DNA of 64,000 nt from contig JAIPEN010000008.1 in NCBI GenBank assembly GCA_021737145.1, positions 123,585 to 187,584 of the forward strand, read 5' to 3'. Positions 45,895 to 55,203 of this stretch are shown here, piece after piece (positions within the stretch are counted from its first letter, which is position 1; each line of letters opens with the position of its first letter). The notes beneath the pieces were generated by a model. It did not search any database and was not told the DNA's origin. It saw only the letters and a list, made by a program, of their open reading frames with translations. This stretch comes from Desulfarculaceae bacterium. GTDB taxonomy: Bacteria > Desulfobacterota > Desulfarculia > Desulfarculales > Desulfarculaceae. A program made the translations under genes and the position numbers.

Positions 45895-46842
45895 ATGCGC
45901 ATCATCAAGGCAAGTCACAACTTCCCCGGCATAGTACCCATCCTGGAAGAGCTGCTGCCCGGCCACGCCCTGACCCCGGTGGGCGAGGACCAGTTGGTAG
46001 CGGCCTGCCGCTCGGCCGAGGTGCTCATCCCCACCATGGCCCGCATCCCGGCCGAGGTGATCACCGGCTCCTCGCTCAAGCTGATCCAGCAGATGGGCGT
46101 GGGCCTGGAAGGGGTGGACATCCCCGCGGCCACCGCGGCGGGCATCCCGGTGTGCAACGTGCCCGCCGACCAGGCCGAGGCCAACGCGGAGAGCACCTCG
46201 GAGCACGCCCTGTTCTTGATGATGGCCGCGGCCCGCCGCCTGAACCAGCACCAGGAACACCTGGCCAAGGGTCCCTGGGGCGCGCCGGTGGGCCTGGCCC
46301 TGTACGGCCGCCGCGCCCTGGTGGTGGGCCTGGGCCGGGTGGGCAAGTCCCTGGCCCGGCGGCTGAAGGCCATGGGCATGCGGGTGAGCGCGGTAAAGGC
46401 CACGCCCGCGCCCGGCCTGGCCGGCGAGCTGGGCCTGGACGAGCTGGGCGGGCCGCAGGACTTCCCGCGCCTGCTGGCCTCGGCCGATTTTGTCACCGCC
46501 GCGCTCACCGCCAACCCCGGCACTTTGGGCCTGTTCAACCAGGCCGCCTTCGCGGCCATGAAGCCCGGGGCCATCCTGGTCAACGTGGGCCGGGGCGGGG
46601 TGGTCGACGAGGCCGCCCTGGTCGCGGCCCTGGACAGCGGCCACCTGGGCGGGGCGGGGCTGGACGTGTTCGCGGCCGAGCCGCCCGCCCGAGACAATCC
46701 CCTGCTGCGCCACCCGTTGGTGGTGGCCACCCCGCACGTGGCCGGGGTCACCGAGCAGAGCTTCGCCCAGATCGGCCGCCACGTGGCGGACAACATCTTG
46801 CGCCTGGAGCGCGGCGAGGAGCTCAAGTTTAGGGCGAACTAG
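45895..46842 (+). CDS. D-isomer-specific 2-hydroxyacid dehydrogenase
   Basis: GLGRVGKSLARRL NAD motif, NVGRGGVVDE, TPHVAG. Confidence 0.85.
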   Translation: MRIIKASHNFPGIVPILEELLPGHALTPVGEDQLVAACRSAEVLIPTMARIPAEVITGSSLKLIQQMGVGLEGVDIPAATAAGIPVCNVPADQAEANAESTSEHALFLMMAAARRLNQHQEHLAKGPWGAPVGLALYGRRALVVGLGRVGKSLARRLKAMGMRVSAVKATPAPGLAGELGLDELGGPQDFPRLLASADFVTAALTANPGTLGLFNQAAFAAMKPGAILVNVGRGGVVDEAALVAALDSGHLGGAGLDVFAAEPPARDNPLLRHPLVVATPHVAGVTEQSFAQIGRHVADNILRLERGEELKFRAN

Positions 46843-46859
46843 GGCGCTAAAGGATTTTG

Positions 46860-47252
46860 ATGATGCCCGACACCCCCTGCCGTTTTTGCTCCCCCCAGGT
46901 GGACGGGCTCATCGTGAACGAGCTCGGTTCGGTCATCGCCATCGCGGACAAAAACCCGGTGACCCCGGGCCATGTGCTTATCCTGCCCCGCCGCCACACC
47001 CCGGATTATTTTTCCCTGAACGCCGAGGAGCGCCGCGACGCGGACCAGCTCATCCGCCTGCTCAAGGCCCGGGCCCAGCAGGCCGACCCGGTGATCACCG
47101 GTTTCAATATCGGGATCAATTGCGGCGCTTCGGCGGGCCAGACCATCTTCCACGCCCACATCCATTTGATCCCCCGCCGCGACGGGGATGTGGCCCACCC
47201 ACGCGGCGGGGTGCGCGGGGTGATACCCGCCAAGATGTCGTATCGGGATTAA
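46860..47252 (+). CDS. HIT-family nucleotide hydrolase/transferase
   Basis: Histidine triad HAHIHLIPR. ATG 46860 after AAAGGA. Confidence 0.85.
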   Translation: MMPDTPCRFCSPQVDGLIVNELGSVIAIADKNPVTPGHVLILPRRHTPDYFSLNAEERRDADQLIRLLKARAQQADPVITGFNIGINCGASAGQTIFHAHIHLIPRRDGDVAHPRGGVRGVIPAKMSYRD

Positions 47253-47316
47253 TCCGAGCCCTGAAATGGCCTAGGCTGGGTAGGGAAGCCCAAAGGCTAA
47301 GCCGTACAGTTCAGCA

Positions 47317-47346
47317 TTGACTTTTATTGTGTTTAATTTTTATTAT
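47317..47346 (+). promoter_or_regulatory. near-consensus sigma70 promoter TTGACT-18-TATTAT for the AT-rich orphan gene
   Basis: Read directly from the sequence, 35 nt upstream of the GTG start. Confidence 0.45.
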
Positions 47347-47380
47347 TTATTACATTTAACTCTTTTTTTGGGGGTGGTCC

Positions 47381-48316
47381 GTGGTTAGCAACAAGCCGCC
47401 ACATGCAGGCGATGATAAAAAATATGAAATTTTAGATAAGGGTAAGGGTCAAGAAAATATAAAGAAAATATTCGACGACATTGATGTAATGGAGAATTTT
47501 GTAACCGATAGCGGTAGGGTAATGCCGGTATCTTTAATCGGTAAATTTGCTCGAATTAAGTGTTTTCGAAGAGACCTGCTGTTGGATGTTGCATCCGAAA
47601 TTTGTGAAGATAATTATTCTGAAATATTATCCGTCCATAGAGATCTTTCCTTGCTAGTGGCACCCGCCACCCCAGCAACAATCACGGCAAGCAAGCGTTT
47701 AAAGTTTGGTTTGTTTATAAATACTGCCGCAATTAATTTAATAATTATTTCAACAATCGTTTCAATGATCGGCGTAGTCGTATCGTGCGCCTATATGTCA
47801 ACTGCTAATAGCATCTGGGCCAAACATGCTCTTCTGCCGTTTGCCGCTGGCCTGGGTGCTGGCTTCTATGCCCTTTACTCTGCGCACACATATATTCAAC
47901 AGAGAACTTATGACCCTCAATACGATCAAACATATTACGTCAGATATATTCTTGGTATTATTGCCGGAGTTATACTGGGGTACACAGGTGCAGACATAAT
48001 AAAAAATATCGATGTAGCGCAAGGTGGAAAAGTAACTAAGTCCGTGGGGTCAATGCTTTTTGCTGTTGTTGGAGGATATTCGGCGGATGTAGTTTACTTG
48101 CTACTGCAGCGTTTTACGGAAACGCTTAAGGCGACGATTCAAGGCAATAATTCGAGTAAGACAGATAAACAAATGCAAGATGTTAAAAATAAGGCCGCGA
48201 ATGAAGTCAGCCGCACAAAAAATGATATTGCAAGTCAACTGCAAGCTGCTATTAATAGAAATGGCGGTATTAAAAAGGAGGATATTGAGAAAACTTTGAA
48301 CGATTTGCTTTCCTAG
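47381..48316 (+). CDS. AT-rich orphan: 311-aa protein with soluble N-domain, four TM helices and Lys/Asn/Gln-rich helical tail
   Basis: Only long ORF in the island. GTG after GGGGGTGG. Its codon composition is clearly different from its neighbours. Confidence 0.7.
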   Translation: MVSNKPPHAGDDKKYEILDKGKGQENIKKIFDDIDVMENFVTDSGRVMPVSLIGKFARIKCFRRDLLLDVASEICEDNYSEILSVHRDLSLLVAPATPATITASKRLKFGLFINTAAINLIIISTIVSMIGVVVSCAYMSTANSIWAKHALLPFAAGLGAGFYALYSAHTYIQQRTYDPQYDQTYYVRYILGIIAGVILGYTGADIIKNIDVAQGGKVTKSVGSMLFAVVGGYSADVVYLLLQRFTETLKATIQGNNSSKTDKQMQDVKNKAANEVSRTKNDIASQLQAAINRNGGIKKEDIEKTLNDLLS

Positions 48317-48405
48317 GCCAATTGAAAATCCGGCAGGGGAGGGTGGTGTATCTTCTGTCCAGGTGCAGCGCTTCGCGCAGTCCACTTGGGTGCACGTCCC
48401 CCACC

Positions 48406-48437
48406 AAAAAAGCCCCCGCCCGTTGCCGGGCGGGGGC
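48406..48437 (-). terminator. rho-independent terminator of etfBA
   Basis: GCCCCCGCCCG-ttgc-CGGGCGGGGGC perfect 11-bp stem, followed by T6 on the minus strand. Confidence 0.7.
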
Positions 48438-48467
48438 TGATGCTTCGCTAAAAGCGTGGGGCTCTAG

Positions 48468-49421
48468 CTAGATCTCTTTGGTCAGCTCGGGCACCACGTC
48501 GAACAGGTCGGAAATCACGCAGTAGTCGGCCTTGGTGTGGATGGGGGCGTCGGGGTCCTTGTTGATGGCCACGATGACCTTGGACGAACCCATGCCAGCC
48601 AGGTGCTGGATGGCCCCGGAGATGCCGCAGGCGATGTACAGGTTGGGGGTGACCACCTTGCCGGTCTGTCCCACCTGGTCGGTGTGCGAGCGCCAGCCGG
48701 CGTCCACCGCCGAGCGCGAAGCGCCCACCGCCGCGTTGAGCTTGCCGGCCAGCTCCTCGAGCAGGGCGAAGTTGTCGGCCTCTTTCATGCCGCGGCCGCC
48801 GCTGACGATGACCGTGGCCTCGGTGAGGTCGATCTTGCCTTCCTCGGAGGCCTGAACCTCGGCCACCGCGGCCTTGATCTCGCCCGCGTCCGCGCTCACC
48901 GCTTCCACCGCCGCCTCGCCGCCGCTTTCCACCACGTCAAAGACGTTGGGGCGCAAGGAGGCGATCTGGGGCGAACCGTTGATGATCACGTCGGCGTAGA
49001 CCTTGCCGGCGTAGATGGGCCGGGTGGCCACCATCTTGCCGCCCTCGACGGCCAGGGCGGTGCAGTCCACCGCGATGCCCGTGTCCAGGCGGGCCGCCAG
49101 GCGGCCGCCCAGGTCCTTGCCCTGGGTGGAGGCGCCGAAGAGCACCACGTCCGGGGCGCCGTCCTTGATCAGGGCGGCGGCGGCATTGGTGTAGCCGTCG
49201 GTAGTGTAGGTAGCCAGGGCGGCGTCGTCCGCGTAGAGCACCTTGGCCACGCCGTATTTGCCCAGCTCGGCGCAAGCGTCCTGCATGCCCGAGCCCAGCA
49301 CCACCGCGGTCACCTCGGCGCCCAGCTCGTCGGCCACCTTCTTGGCCGCGCTGGCCACTTCATAAGTTATTTTTCTGAACTCGCCGTCACGTTGTTCGGC
49401 GATGATCCAAACACCAGCCAT
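48468..49421 (-). CDS. etfA: electron transfer flavoprotein alpha subunit
   Basis: C-terminal FAD-binding signature [19 protein letters not shown]. Confidence 0.9.
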   Translation of the reverse strand: MAGVWIIAEQRDGEFRKITYEVASAAKKVADELGAEVTAVVLGSGMQDACAELGKYGVAKVLYADDAALATYTTDGYTNAAAALIKDGAPDVVLFGASTQGKDLGGRLAARLDTGIAVDCTALAVEGGKMVATRPIYAGKVYADVIINGSPQIASLRPNVFDVVESGGEAAVEAVSADAGEIKAAVAEVQASEEGKIDLTEATVIVSGGRGMKEADNFALLEELAGKLNAAVGASRSAVDAGWRSHTDQVGQTGKVVTPNLYIACGISGAIQHLAGMGSSKVIVAINKDPDAPIHTKADYCVISDLFDVVPELTKEI

Positions 49422-49472
49422 GATATATGCACTCCCTTCGTGCGAAAGGTAATGACCCTATTAGAAGGCCCC

Positions 49473-50243
49473 TCAGATAACCTTGGCCTCTTCCTTGAGC
49501 AGCTTGGCCAGGTTGGCGGCCAGCTCCTGGGCGGTCTCGCCCTCCACCGTCTTGCCCGGGGCCCGGTCGGGGGGCGGGTTCAGCGTGGCGATCTCGATGA
49601 AGTCGCTGCGCTCGGCGCCCAGGTCGGCCGGAGTCTTGGTCTCCAGGGGCTTCTTCTTGGCCTTCATGATGCCCGGCAGGCTGGCGTAGCGGGGCTCGTT
49701 GAGGCCCTTCTGCGCGCTGATCACCGCCGGGAGGGAGGCCTCCAACACCACGGTCTGGCCTTCGATGGGCCGGGTGCCCTTCACCTTGCCGTCGGCGATC
49801 TCCAGCTTGGTGATCACCGAAAGCTGGGGCATGCCCAGATACTCGGCCACGGCCGAGCTGACCACGCCCGAGTCGTCGTCCACGGCCCGCTGGCCGAAGA
49901 ACACCACGTCCGGGCTCAGGGGCTCGATGGCCTTGGCCAGCATTTTGGCCACGGCAATGGGGTCCGCGCCGTAGAGGTCGTCATCCTGGATATGGACAGC
50001 CTTGTCCGCGCCCATGGCCAAGGCGGTGCGCAGGGCTTCCACCACCCGGGCGGGGCCGGCCCCCACCACGGTCACTTCGCCGCCCTGGTCCTTGACGATG
50101 CGCAATGCCTCTTCCACGCCGAACTCGTCGTAGGGATTCATCACCCACTTGATGTCGCCGGTGTCAATGGATTTCCCGTCGCCGGCGATCTTGATTACCG
50201 ACTCGGTGTCCGGCACCTGCTTGATGCACACCACAATGTTCAC
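49473..50243 (-). CDS. etfB: electron transfer flavoprotein beta subunit
   Basis: MNIVVCIKQVPDTE N-terminus, typical of EtfB. Immediately upstream of etfA. Confidence 0.9.
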   Translation of the reverse strand: MNIVVCIKQVPDTESVIKIAGDGKSIDTGDIKWVMNPYDEFGVEEALRIVKDQGGEVTVVGAGPARVVEALRTALAMGADKAVHIQDDDLYGADPIAVAKMLAKAIEPLSPDVVFFGQRAVDDDSGVVSSAVAEYLGMPQLSVITKLEIADGKVKGTRPIEGQTVVLEASLPAVISAQKGLNEPRYASLPGIMKAKKKPLETKTPADLGAERSDFIEIATLNPPPDRAPGKTVEGETAQELAANLAKLLKEEAKVI

Positions 50244-50303
50244 TTAATCACCCCTCCTTTCTGAAAAACACTTGGGGTAGGTATGGACCTTGGTTAAACG
50301 TCT

Positions 50304-50930
50304 TTAAGCCGTCTGCGGATCGACCAGCATGCCCTTGATGAAAAAGGCGCTTATCTGCTGGGCCGCCACGGCGGTGGAATATTTTTTAACAGGCGACAGA
50401 ATCCAATAACGGCTCATCTCGTCCAGGGCGCCGAAAAAGGCCCGCTTGGCCACCCCGGGCAGGATGTCCTTGCGGAAAACCCCCATCTGCTGCCCCTCTT
50501 TGATGATGCCGGAGATTATGTTCAGGTATTGGTGGAAACGGTCGTTCTGGTACTCCTTCATGAACTTGGAAGACTGCCTCAGTTCCACCTGGATGATCTC
50601 GGCCAGCTCCTGGTTTTCCTCGAGCATGGTCAGGTGCTGGTCGGCGAAGCGCTCCAGCTTGGCCGCCGGATCGGTCACAGTTTGCAAGGCTTGGTGCATT
50701 TTGTCCAGGATATTGCCCATCTCCTCCTCGAACAGGGAGATGAGGATGTCGTCCTTGTTCTGGAAGTAGAGGTAGATGGTTCCGTCGGCCACGTTGGCGG
50801 CCCGGGCTATCTCGCTGACTTTGGAGTTGTAAAAACCTTTTTTGGCGAACACCTTGAGCGCGGCCTCGATAATACGCCGGTGTTTATCGCTGTTTTTTTT
50901 CTTGTCTGATTTCAAGATACTATGTCCCAT
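50304..50930 (-). CDS. TetR/AcrR-family transcriptional regulator
   Basis: N-terminal HTH KVSEIARAANVADGTIYLYFQNKDD. Confidence 0.85.
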   Translation of the reverse strand: MGHSILKSDKKKNSDKHRRIIEAALKVFAKKGFYNSKVSEIARAANVADGTIYLYFQNKDDILISLFEEEMGNILDKMHQALQTVTDPAAKLERFADQHLTMLEENQELAEIIQVELRQSSKFMKEYQNDRFHQYLNIISGIIKEGQQMGVFRKDILPGVAKRAFFGALDEMSRYWILSPVKKYSTAVAAQQISAFFIKGMLVDPQTA

Positions 50931-50968
50931 GCCCCGGCCAAGGGCCAGGAGCGAGCAGGTGCGGCGCT

Positions 50969-50986
50969 AATGAATGACGATTCATT
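50969..50986. promoter_or_regulatory. candidate TetR operator, perfect palindrome AATGAAT-gacg-ATTCATT
   Basis: Lies 39 nt upstream of the tetR-type start codon. Confidence 0.45.
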
Positions 50987-51173
50987 CAAACAAGTTGGTA
51001 ACACGCCGCTGTGGGGCTGTCAACGCTTTTTTGAAGGCTGTTCAGCCGGTATGGGCCGCGCGGCCTGGCAACTATACAAAAGGACTGAACCGGCTTCAAC
51101 AAAAAACTGAAGACCCATTCAGCCCAGTGAACGGCCCCTCCCGGTCCGGTTGAACCGGCGGCGGGCCTGTTTT

Positions 51174-51596
51174 ATGATGCCTTACATGTACAACAACCTC
51201 CCGTCGCGTCTTGGCCGCTCTTTTGGGGGCTGGCCCCGTTTGCTGGCCGTGGCCCTGCTGCTGGCGGCCTGCCTGGCGCCCCTGGCCGCCCCGCCGGCTT
51301 GGGCCGGGGTGCCCGAGCCCTTCAAGCCGCCGGCCGATCTGCCCGACGCCCAGCGCGAAAGCCTGGAGCGCCGCCGGGGCGAGCTGCTGTTGCAGTGGGA
51401 CGGGCTGGTCCAGGCGGTGCGCGCCCACAACCGCCAGTGCCAGGGGGTGGTGGCCAGCTCTCCCCAGGGGGTGCGCTGCCAGGTGGAGCTCAGGGGCATC
51501 AAGGAGCGCATCGGGGTCCATTTGGAAGCGGTGGAGCGCTACAACCTCTCCGTGGCCGCGGCCGAGCTGCGCCACCGCCAAAACACCAATCCCTGA
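51174..51596 (+). CDS. secreted hypothetical protein
   Basis: Signal peptide ...LLAACLAPLAAPPAWA. Start ATG 51174 is preferred over the track start. Confidence 0.45.
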   Translation: MMPYMYNNLPSRLGRSFGGWPRLLAVALLLAACLAPLAAPPAWAGVPEPFKPPADLPDAQRESLERRRGELLLQWDGLVQAVRAHNRQCQGVVASSPQGVRCQVELRGIKERIGVHLEAVERYNLSVAAAELRHRQNTNP

Positions 51597-51619
51597 TCCG
51601 GCTCAGCCCCTGGGGCAAT

Positions 51620-52018
51620 CTAAAACTTGTATAGGTTCCAGGCCCAATTCGCGGCCAGGGAAAGATAGAGCACGCCTTGCAGCGGCTTGGGCCAAGGCCG
51701 GCCCAGGAATTCGAAAAAGGAATTTCGTTTTTGGATGAGGTCCCAGGCCAGCCAGGGCAGGGCCGCCAGGGCGGCGGAAGCCAAAAGCAGGCAAAAGGGG
51801 TTCATGCCCACGGCGGCCCCCAACTGGCCCTGGCACAACAGGACCATGGCCCCGGTCATGCCGCAGCCCGGGCAGGGCAGGCCGGTGAGGGCCCGGAAGG
51901 GGCACACTGTCCTCAACCCGCCCCACATGCCGGGCCCCAGCCAGGCCAGCACTCCGCCCAGGCAGATCGCCGCCAGGACCAACAGGGCCTGGGCGCGGGG
52001 TGTCAGCCGCCAGGTCAC
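51620..52018 (-). CDS. DUF2752-family membrane protein
   Basis: CPFRALTGLPCPGCGMTGA motif. Confidence 0.7.
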   Translation of the reverse strand: MTWRLTPRAQALLVLAAICLGGVLAWLGPGMWGGLRTVCPFRALTGLPCPGCGMTGAMVLLCQGQLGAAVGMNPFCLLLASAALAALPWLAWDLIQKRNSFFEFLGRPWPKPLQGVLYLSLAANWAWNLYKF

Positions 52019-52362
52019 AGGGCCAGGATATTCATGATCTTCTGAAAGTTCAGCTCACGGGTGCGGCCGCTGATCAGGAACCAGTCGATCACGGTCCAGA
52101 CGCCGGCCCCTCCGCAGGTGAGCAACTTGACCAGCCCCAGCCCCACCTGCCCCAACATGAAGCGGTCCACCCCGAAACCACCGATGAGAATGGAGACGAT
52201 GAGCATGGTCGTCGGGTTTTTGGGGTCGGCCGACTGCACCAGCAGGGTCTTGGACTCGTCGGCCTGCTCCAATGCCGCCTTGAGCATGGGGATCTTTTCG
52301 CCGGGGAACAGATTGGCGTTGGCCATTATGTACATGTCGGCCTGGTTCTTATCCATCTTCAT
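52015..52362 (-). CDS. TM2-domain membrane protein
   Basis: GGFGVDRFMLG...KLLTCGGAGVWTVIDW motif. 4-nt overlap with the DUF2752 gene. Confidence 0.75.
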   Translation of the reverse strand: MKMDKNQADMYIMANANLFPGEKIPMLKAALEQADESKTLLVQSADPKNPTTMLIVSILIGGFGVDRFMLGQVGLGLVKLLTCGGAGVWTVIDWFLISGRTRELNFQKIMNILAL

Positions 52363-52540
52363 CCATTCTCCCGAGAGCCGCGCCGATAAGCGGCGGGGCC
52401 TCTGCGGCCCAAGGGTGGCGCCGCCTGTTCAAGTTTCCGGGGGGTTCAGGTTGGGGGATGCAGGTTGACCCGCCTACCAGCATCATAAATCGGCGGTTTG
52501 CCGGGGGTCAATCGCCATGGCCCCGCGCGGGGGGCCGGGC

Positions 52541-53560
52541 TCAGCGCCGCTTGCGCTGATAATGATTCACCGCCTTGAGATGCTGGGCATAGGTGACCGA
52601 GAACTGGTGCCGCCCGTCGCCCTTGGCCACGAAGTACAGATAAGACGCCTTGGCCGGCGCGAGCGCCGCCCGGAGGGCGGCCAGGCCCGGCGAGCAGATG
52701 GGGCCGGGAGGCAGGCCGGTGTGCGCGTAGGTGTTGTAGGGCGTGTCGCGGTCCAGGTCGGCCCGGGTCAGGTTGCCGTCAAAGGCGGGGCCCAGGCCGT
52801 AGATCACCGTGGGGTCGGCCTGTAGGCGCATGCCCCGCTTCAGGCGGTTGTGATACACCGCGCTGATCAGGGGCATCTCCTGGTCCACCCCCGCCTCTTT
52901 CTGGATGATGCTGGCCAGGATGACCGCCTGCTCCCGGCTCATGCCCGCCGCCTTGGCCGCGGGGGCCAGCTTGGCCCAGGCCCGGTCGAAGCGCGCGACC
53001 ATCTTGGACAATACCGTCCGGGTGCCCAGATGGCGCGGGAAGCGGTAGGTGTCCGGGAAGAGGTAGCCCTCCAGGGTGGGCTGGTTCACCTCCAGGTCGG
53101 CGGCGAACTCCGGGTTGCGGCCCAGGCGGATGGCGGTCCAGCTGTGGACAATGCCCGCCTCGCCCAAACGGGCCGCGATGTCGGCCAGGGTGAAGCCCTC
53201 GGGGATGAGCACGTAGTGCAGCTTCACCCGCCCCTGGCGCAGGAACTGCAGGATGCGCGCCGCGCTCATGGCCGGCGAGAGCTCGTACTCCCCGGCCAGG
53301 ATGGGGCCGTCATCGCTGGTGATGCGCCCGGCCAGGGCAAACCAGCGGGGGTTGTCCACCACCCCGGCCTTGGCCAGCGCCTCGCCGGCCGAGCTCAGGC
53401 TGGCCCCCTTGGGGATATCCACCACTATCGCCACCCCGCTGGGGCTGGCCCGGCGTCCCAGGAGCCAGGTGGTGCCCAGCACGTAGGCCCCCCACCCGGC
53501 CAGGGTCACCACGATGACCGCCACCACCAGGCCCAGGGCGCTCTTGTGTCCGGGCCTCAT
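52541..53560 (-). CDS. mltG: endolytic murein transglycosylase MltG (YceG family)
   Basis: N-terminal TM. LASIIQKEAG and YNTYAHTGLPPGPICSPG motifs. Confidence 0.85.
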   Translation of the reverse strand: MRPGHKSALGLVVAVIVVTLAGWGAYVLGTTWLLGRRASPSGVAIVVDIPKGASLSSAGEALAKAGVVDNPRWFALAGRITSDDGPILAGEYELSPAMSAARILQFLRQGRVKLHYVLIPEGFTLADIAARLGEAGIVHSWTAIRLGRNPEFAADLEVNQPTLEGYLFPDTYRFPRHLGTRTVLSKMVARFDRAWAKLAPAAKAAGMSREQAVILASIIQKEAGVDQEMPLISAVYHNRLKRGMRLQADPTVIYGLGPAFDGNLTRADLDRDTPYNTYAHTGLPPGPICSPGLAALRAALAPAKASYLYFVAKGDGRHQFSVTYAQHLKAVNHYQRKRR

Positions 53561-53985
53561 TCCCGGGCCTCCAGCCAGCGGCGCAGGATTATGGCCGCGG
53601 CCGCCCGGTCCACCACCTGGGCCCGCTTGGCCCGGCTCAGCCCCGCCTCGATCATGGCCTCGTGGGCCTCCACCGTGGACAGGGCCTCGTCCATCAGCTC
53701 CACCGGAAGGCCCAGGCGGCGCTCCAGGCGCTTGGCCAGGGAAAGGATGCGCTCGCCCTCGGGGCTCAGCTCGCCGCCGGCCCGGGCGGGCAGGCCCACC
53801 ACCATGAGCGTGGCCCCCTGCTCGGCGGCTATCTCGCCGATGGCGGCCACGTCCGCGTCGCGGTTTTTTCGCTCATAGACCAGCAGGGGAGAGGCGGTGC
53901 GCCGCTCCGGGTCGCTGACCGCCAGGCCGATGCGCTTGGACCCCACGTCCAGGGCCAGCACCACTCCGGGGGGTTGCTCAGACAT
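53557..53985 (-). CDS. ruvX: Holliday-junction resolvase-like nuclease RuvX/YqgF
   Basis: LALDVGSKRIGLAVSD motif. 4-nt overlap with mltG. Confidence 0.85.
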   Translation of the reverse strand: MSEQPPGVVLALDVGSKRIGLAVSDPERRTASPLLVYERKNRDADVAAIGEIAAEQGATLMVVGLPARAGGELSPEGERILSLAKRLERRLGLPVELMDEALSTVEAHEAMIEAGLSRAKRAQVVDRAAAAIILRRWLEARE

Positions 53986-54075
53986 GGAGCTAATTATGCC
54001 CGCGATGATCTACTTTCACAAGAAGGTGCGAAGAATCACAGAGGTTGCAGTAAATGAACAGGTGGCTGATTAGCA

Positions 54076-55203
54076 CTACTTTTTAGGCACTCTCTTTATG
54101 TTTAACTGCCGAACCCACCCGACCTGTTGATCTCCAAATTCGTAATCAAGGGTAACGATTTTAGTCCAATTTTTTTTCTGGTGGATAAGGCGCACTCTTT
54201 GCTTAGCGTGCATAAAACAAAGAGGAGAAGAAAGTGAAGATGGTTCTTCCCTTAGTGCAACTGGCCTTATAACCACATAATAGTGAAATTTTTCCGCTTT
54301 TTTCTCCATTTTCCCACTAATCGCTTCCAAAATATCTCTTTTTGCATTATTAATAGCCTCGTCACAATGAACTATGGCCTCCTTCTTCCCCTTATGTAAT
54401 TCTCTGGAAATCAAAGAATAGTTTGGTTGTGAAAAAAAGATGGAGAGGCCGATACCGAATAATTGAAGCAATAAACTTATTACATTGTGGCGTGTTGAAT
54501 AATCAAATGGAGTGTCAACTATATATTCTGAAAAAGAATCCCCTACCTCCTCTATAAAATAGGCCGGCTCTTTTTCTTGATCCAACTCATTCAATGCATC
54601 AGTTGCGTCTTCCAAGATGTCGCCGGCAAAAGTTCCGGGAAACCAGTTATTTAATCTGGGGTTCGTAAGATTTATGTTCGAAACACCCCGGCCCAAGTCC
54701 ATTTGCTGGAATACTCTGGATAATCCTCTTTGGACGCCGAACACGGCGTTTATCTGTGATGTAAGTTCTTGCTGTTTTGCAGTTGCTCTTAATCCCTCGT
54801 ATATTTTGTTGCTAGACGGCAAGGAATTAATGTAATTTTCAACAAATAAACTATTCCGTACTTCTTGCGCAAGAGAGCTCATTGCCGTTCCATTAGCAGT
54901 CGCTAATCTCATCGAAGGTGTATTGATAAAATTTTTTGCTATGGAGCTAGCAACACTAAATGATTGGTTTAAATTTGTTAGGTGACTGAAGCCAAGGGCG
55001 TCCATCTGCTCTCTTAGACGCGATGCCTCCGCTACAGCTGCACTAAGTGTTGCACCTCTATATTCCCAAAGGCGCGATGCCTCCAATGTGGTTGCGCGAA
55101 GCGTTTCTTCCATTTGGATTGAATTATGATGCAAAGGCTGTAAAAGTTGTTGCATTTGGTATGCTTCTTTTGCGAGCTTCGCCATGTTTCTAAACGTGTT
55201 CAT
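54076..55203 (-). CDS. AT-rich orphan: 375-aa protein with helical N-region, one TM helix and C-terminal SH3b-like domain
   Basis: Only long ORF in the island. TM helix VISLLLQLFGIGLSIFF. C-terminus VVIRPVALREEPS...WTKIVTLDYEFGDQQVGWVRQLNIK resembles bacterial SH3. Confidence 0.7.
   Translation of the reverse strand: MNTFRNMAKLAKEAYQMQQLLQPLHHNSIQMEETLRATTLEASRLWEYRGATLSAAVAEASRLREQMDALGFSHLTNLNQSFSVASSIAKNFINTPSMRLATANGTAMSSLAQEVRNSLFVENYINSLPSSNKIYEGLRATAKQQELTSQINAVFGVQRGLSRVFQQMDLGRGVSNINLTNPRLNNWFPGTFAGDILEDATDALNELDQEKEPAYFIEEVGDSFSEYIVDTPFDYSTRHNVISLLLQLFGIGLSIFFSQPNYSLISRELHKGKKEAIVHCDEAINNAKRDILEAISGKMEKKAEKFHYYVVIRPVALREEPSSLSSPLCFMHAKQRVRLIHQKKNWTKIVTLDYEFGDQQVGWVRQLNIKRVPKK

Noticed and set aside
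47271-48318. 7-bp CCTAGGC on both sides of AT-rich island 1 considered as a target-site duplication
   Set aside because: A 7-mer shared between two ~100-bp flanks is expected by chance about 0.6 times by my rough estimate. It is also the palindromic CCTAGG site. This is not evidence of transposition.
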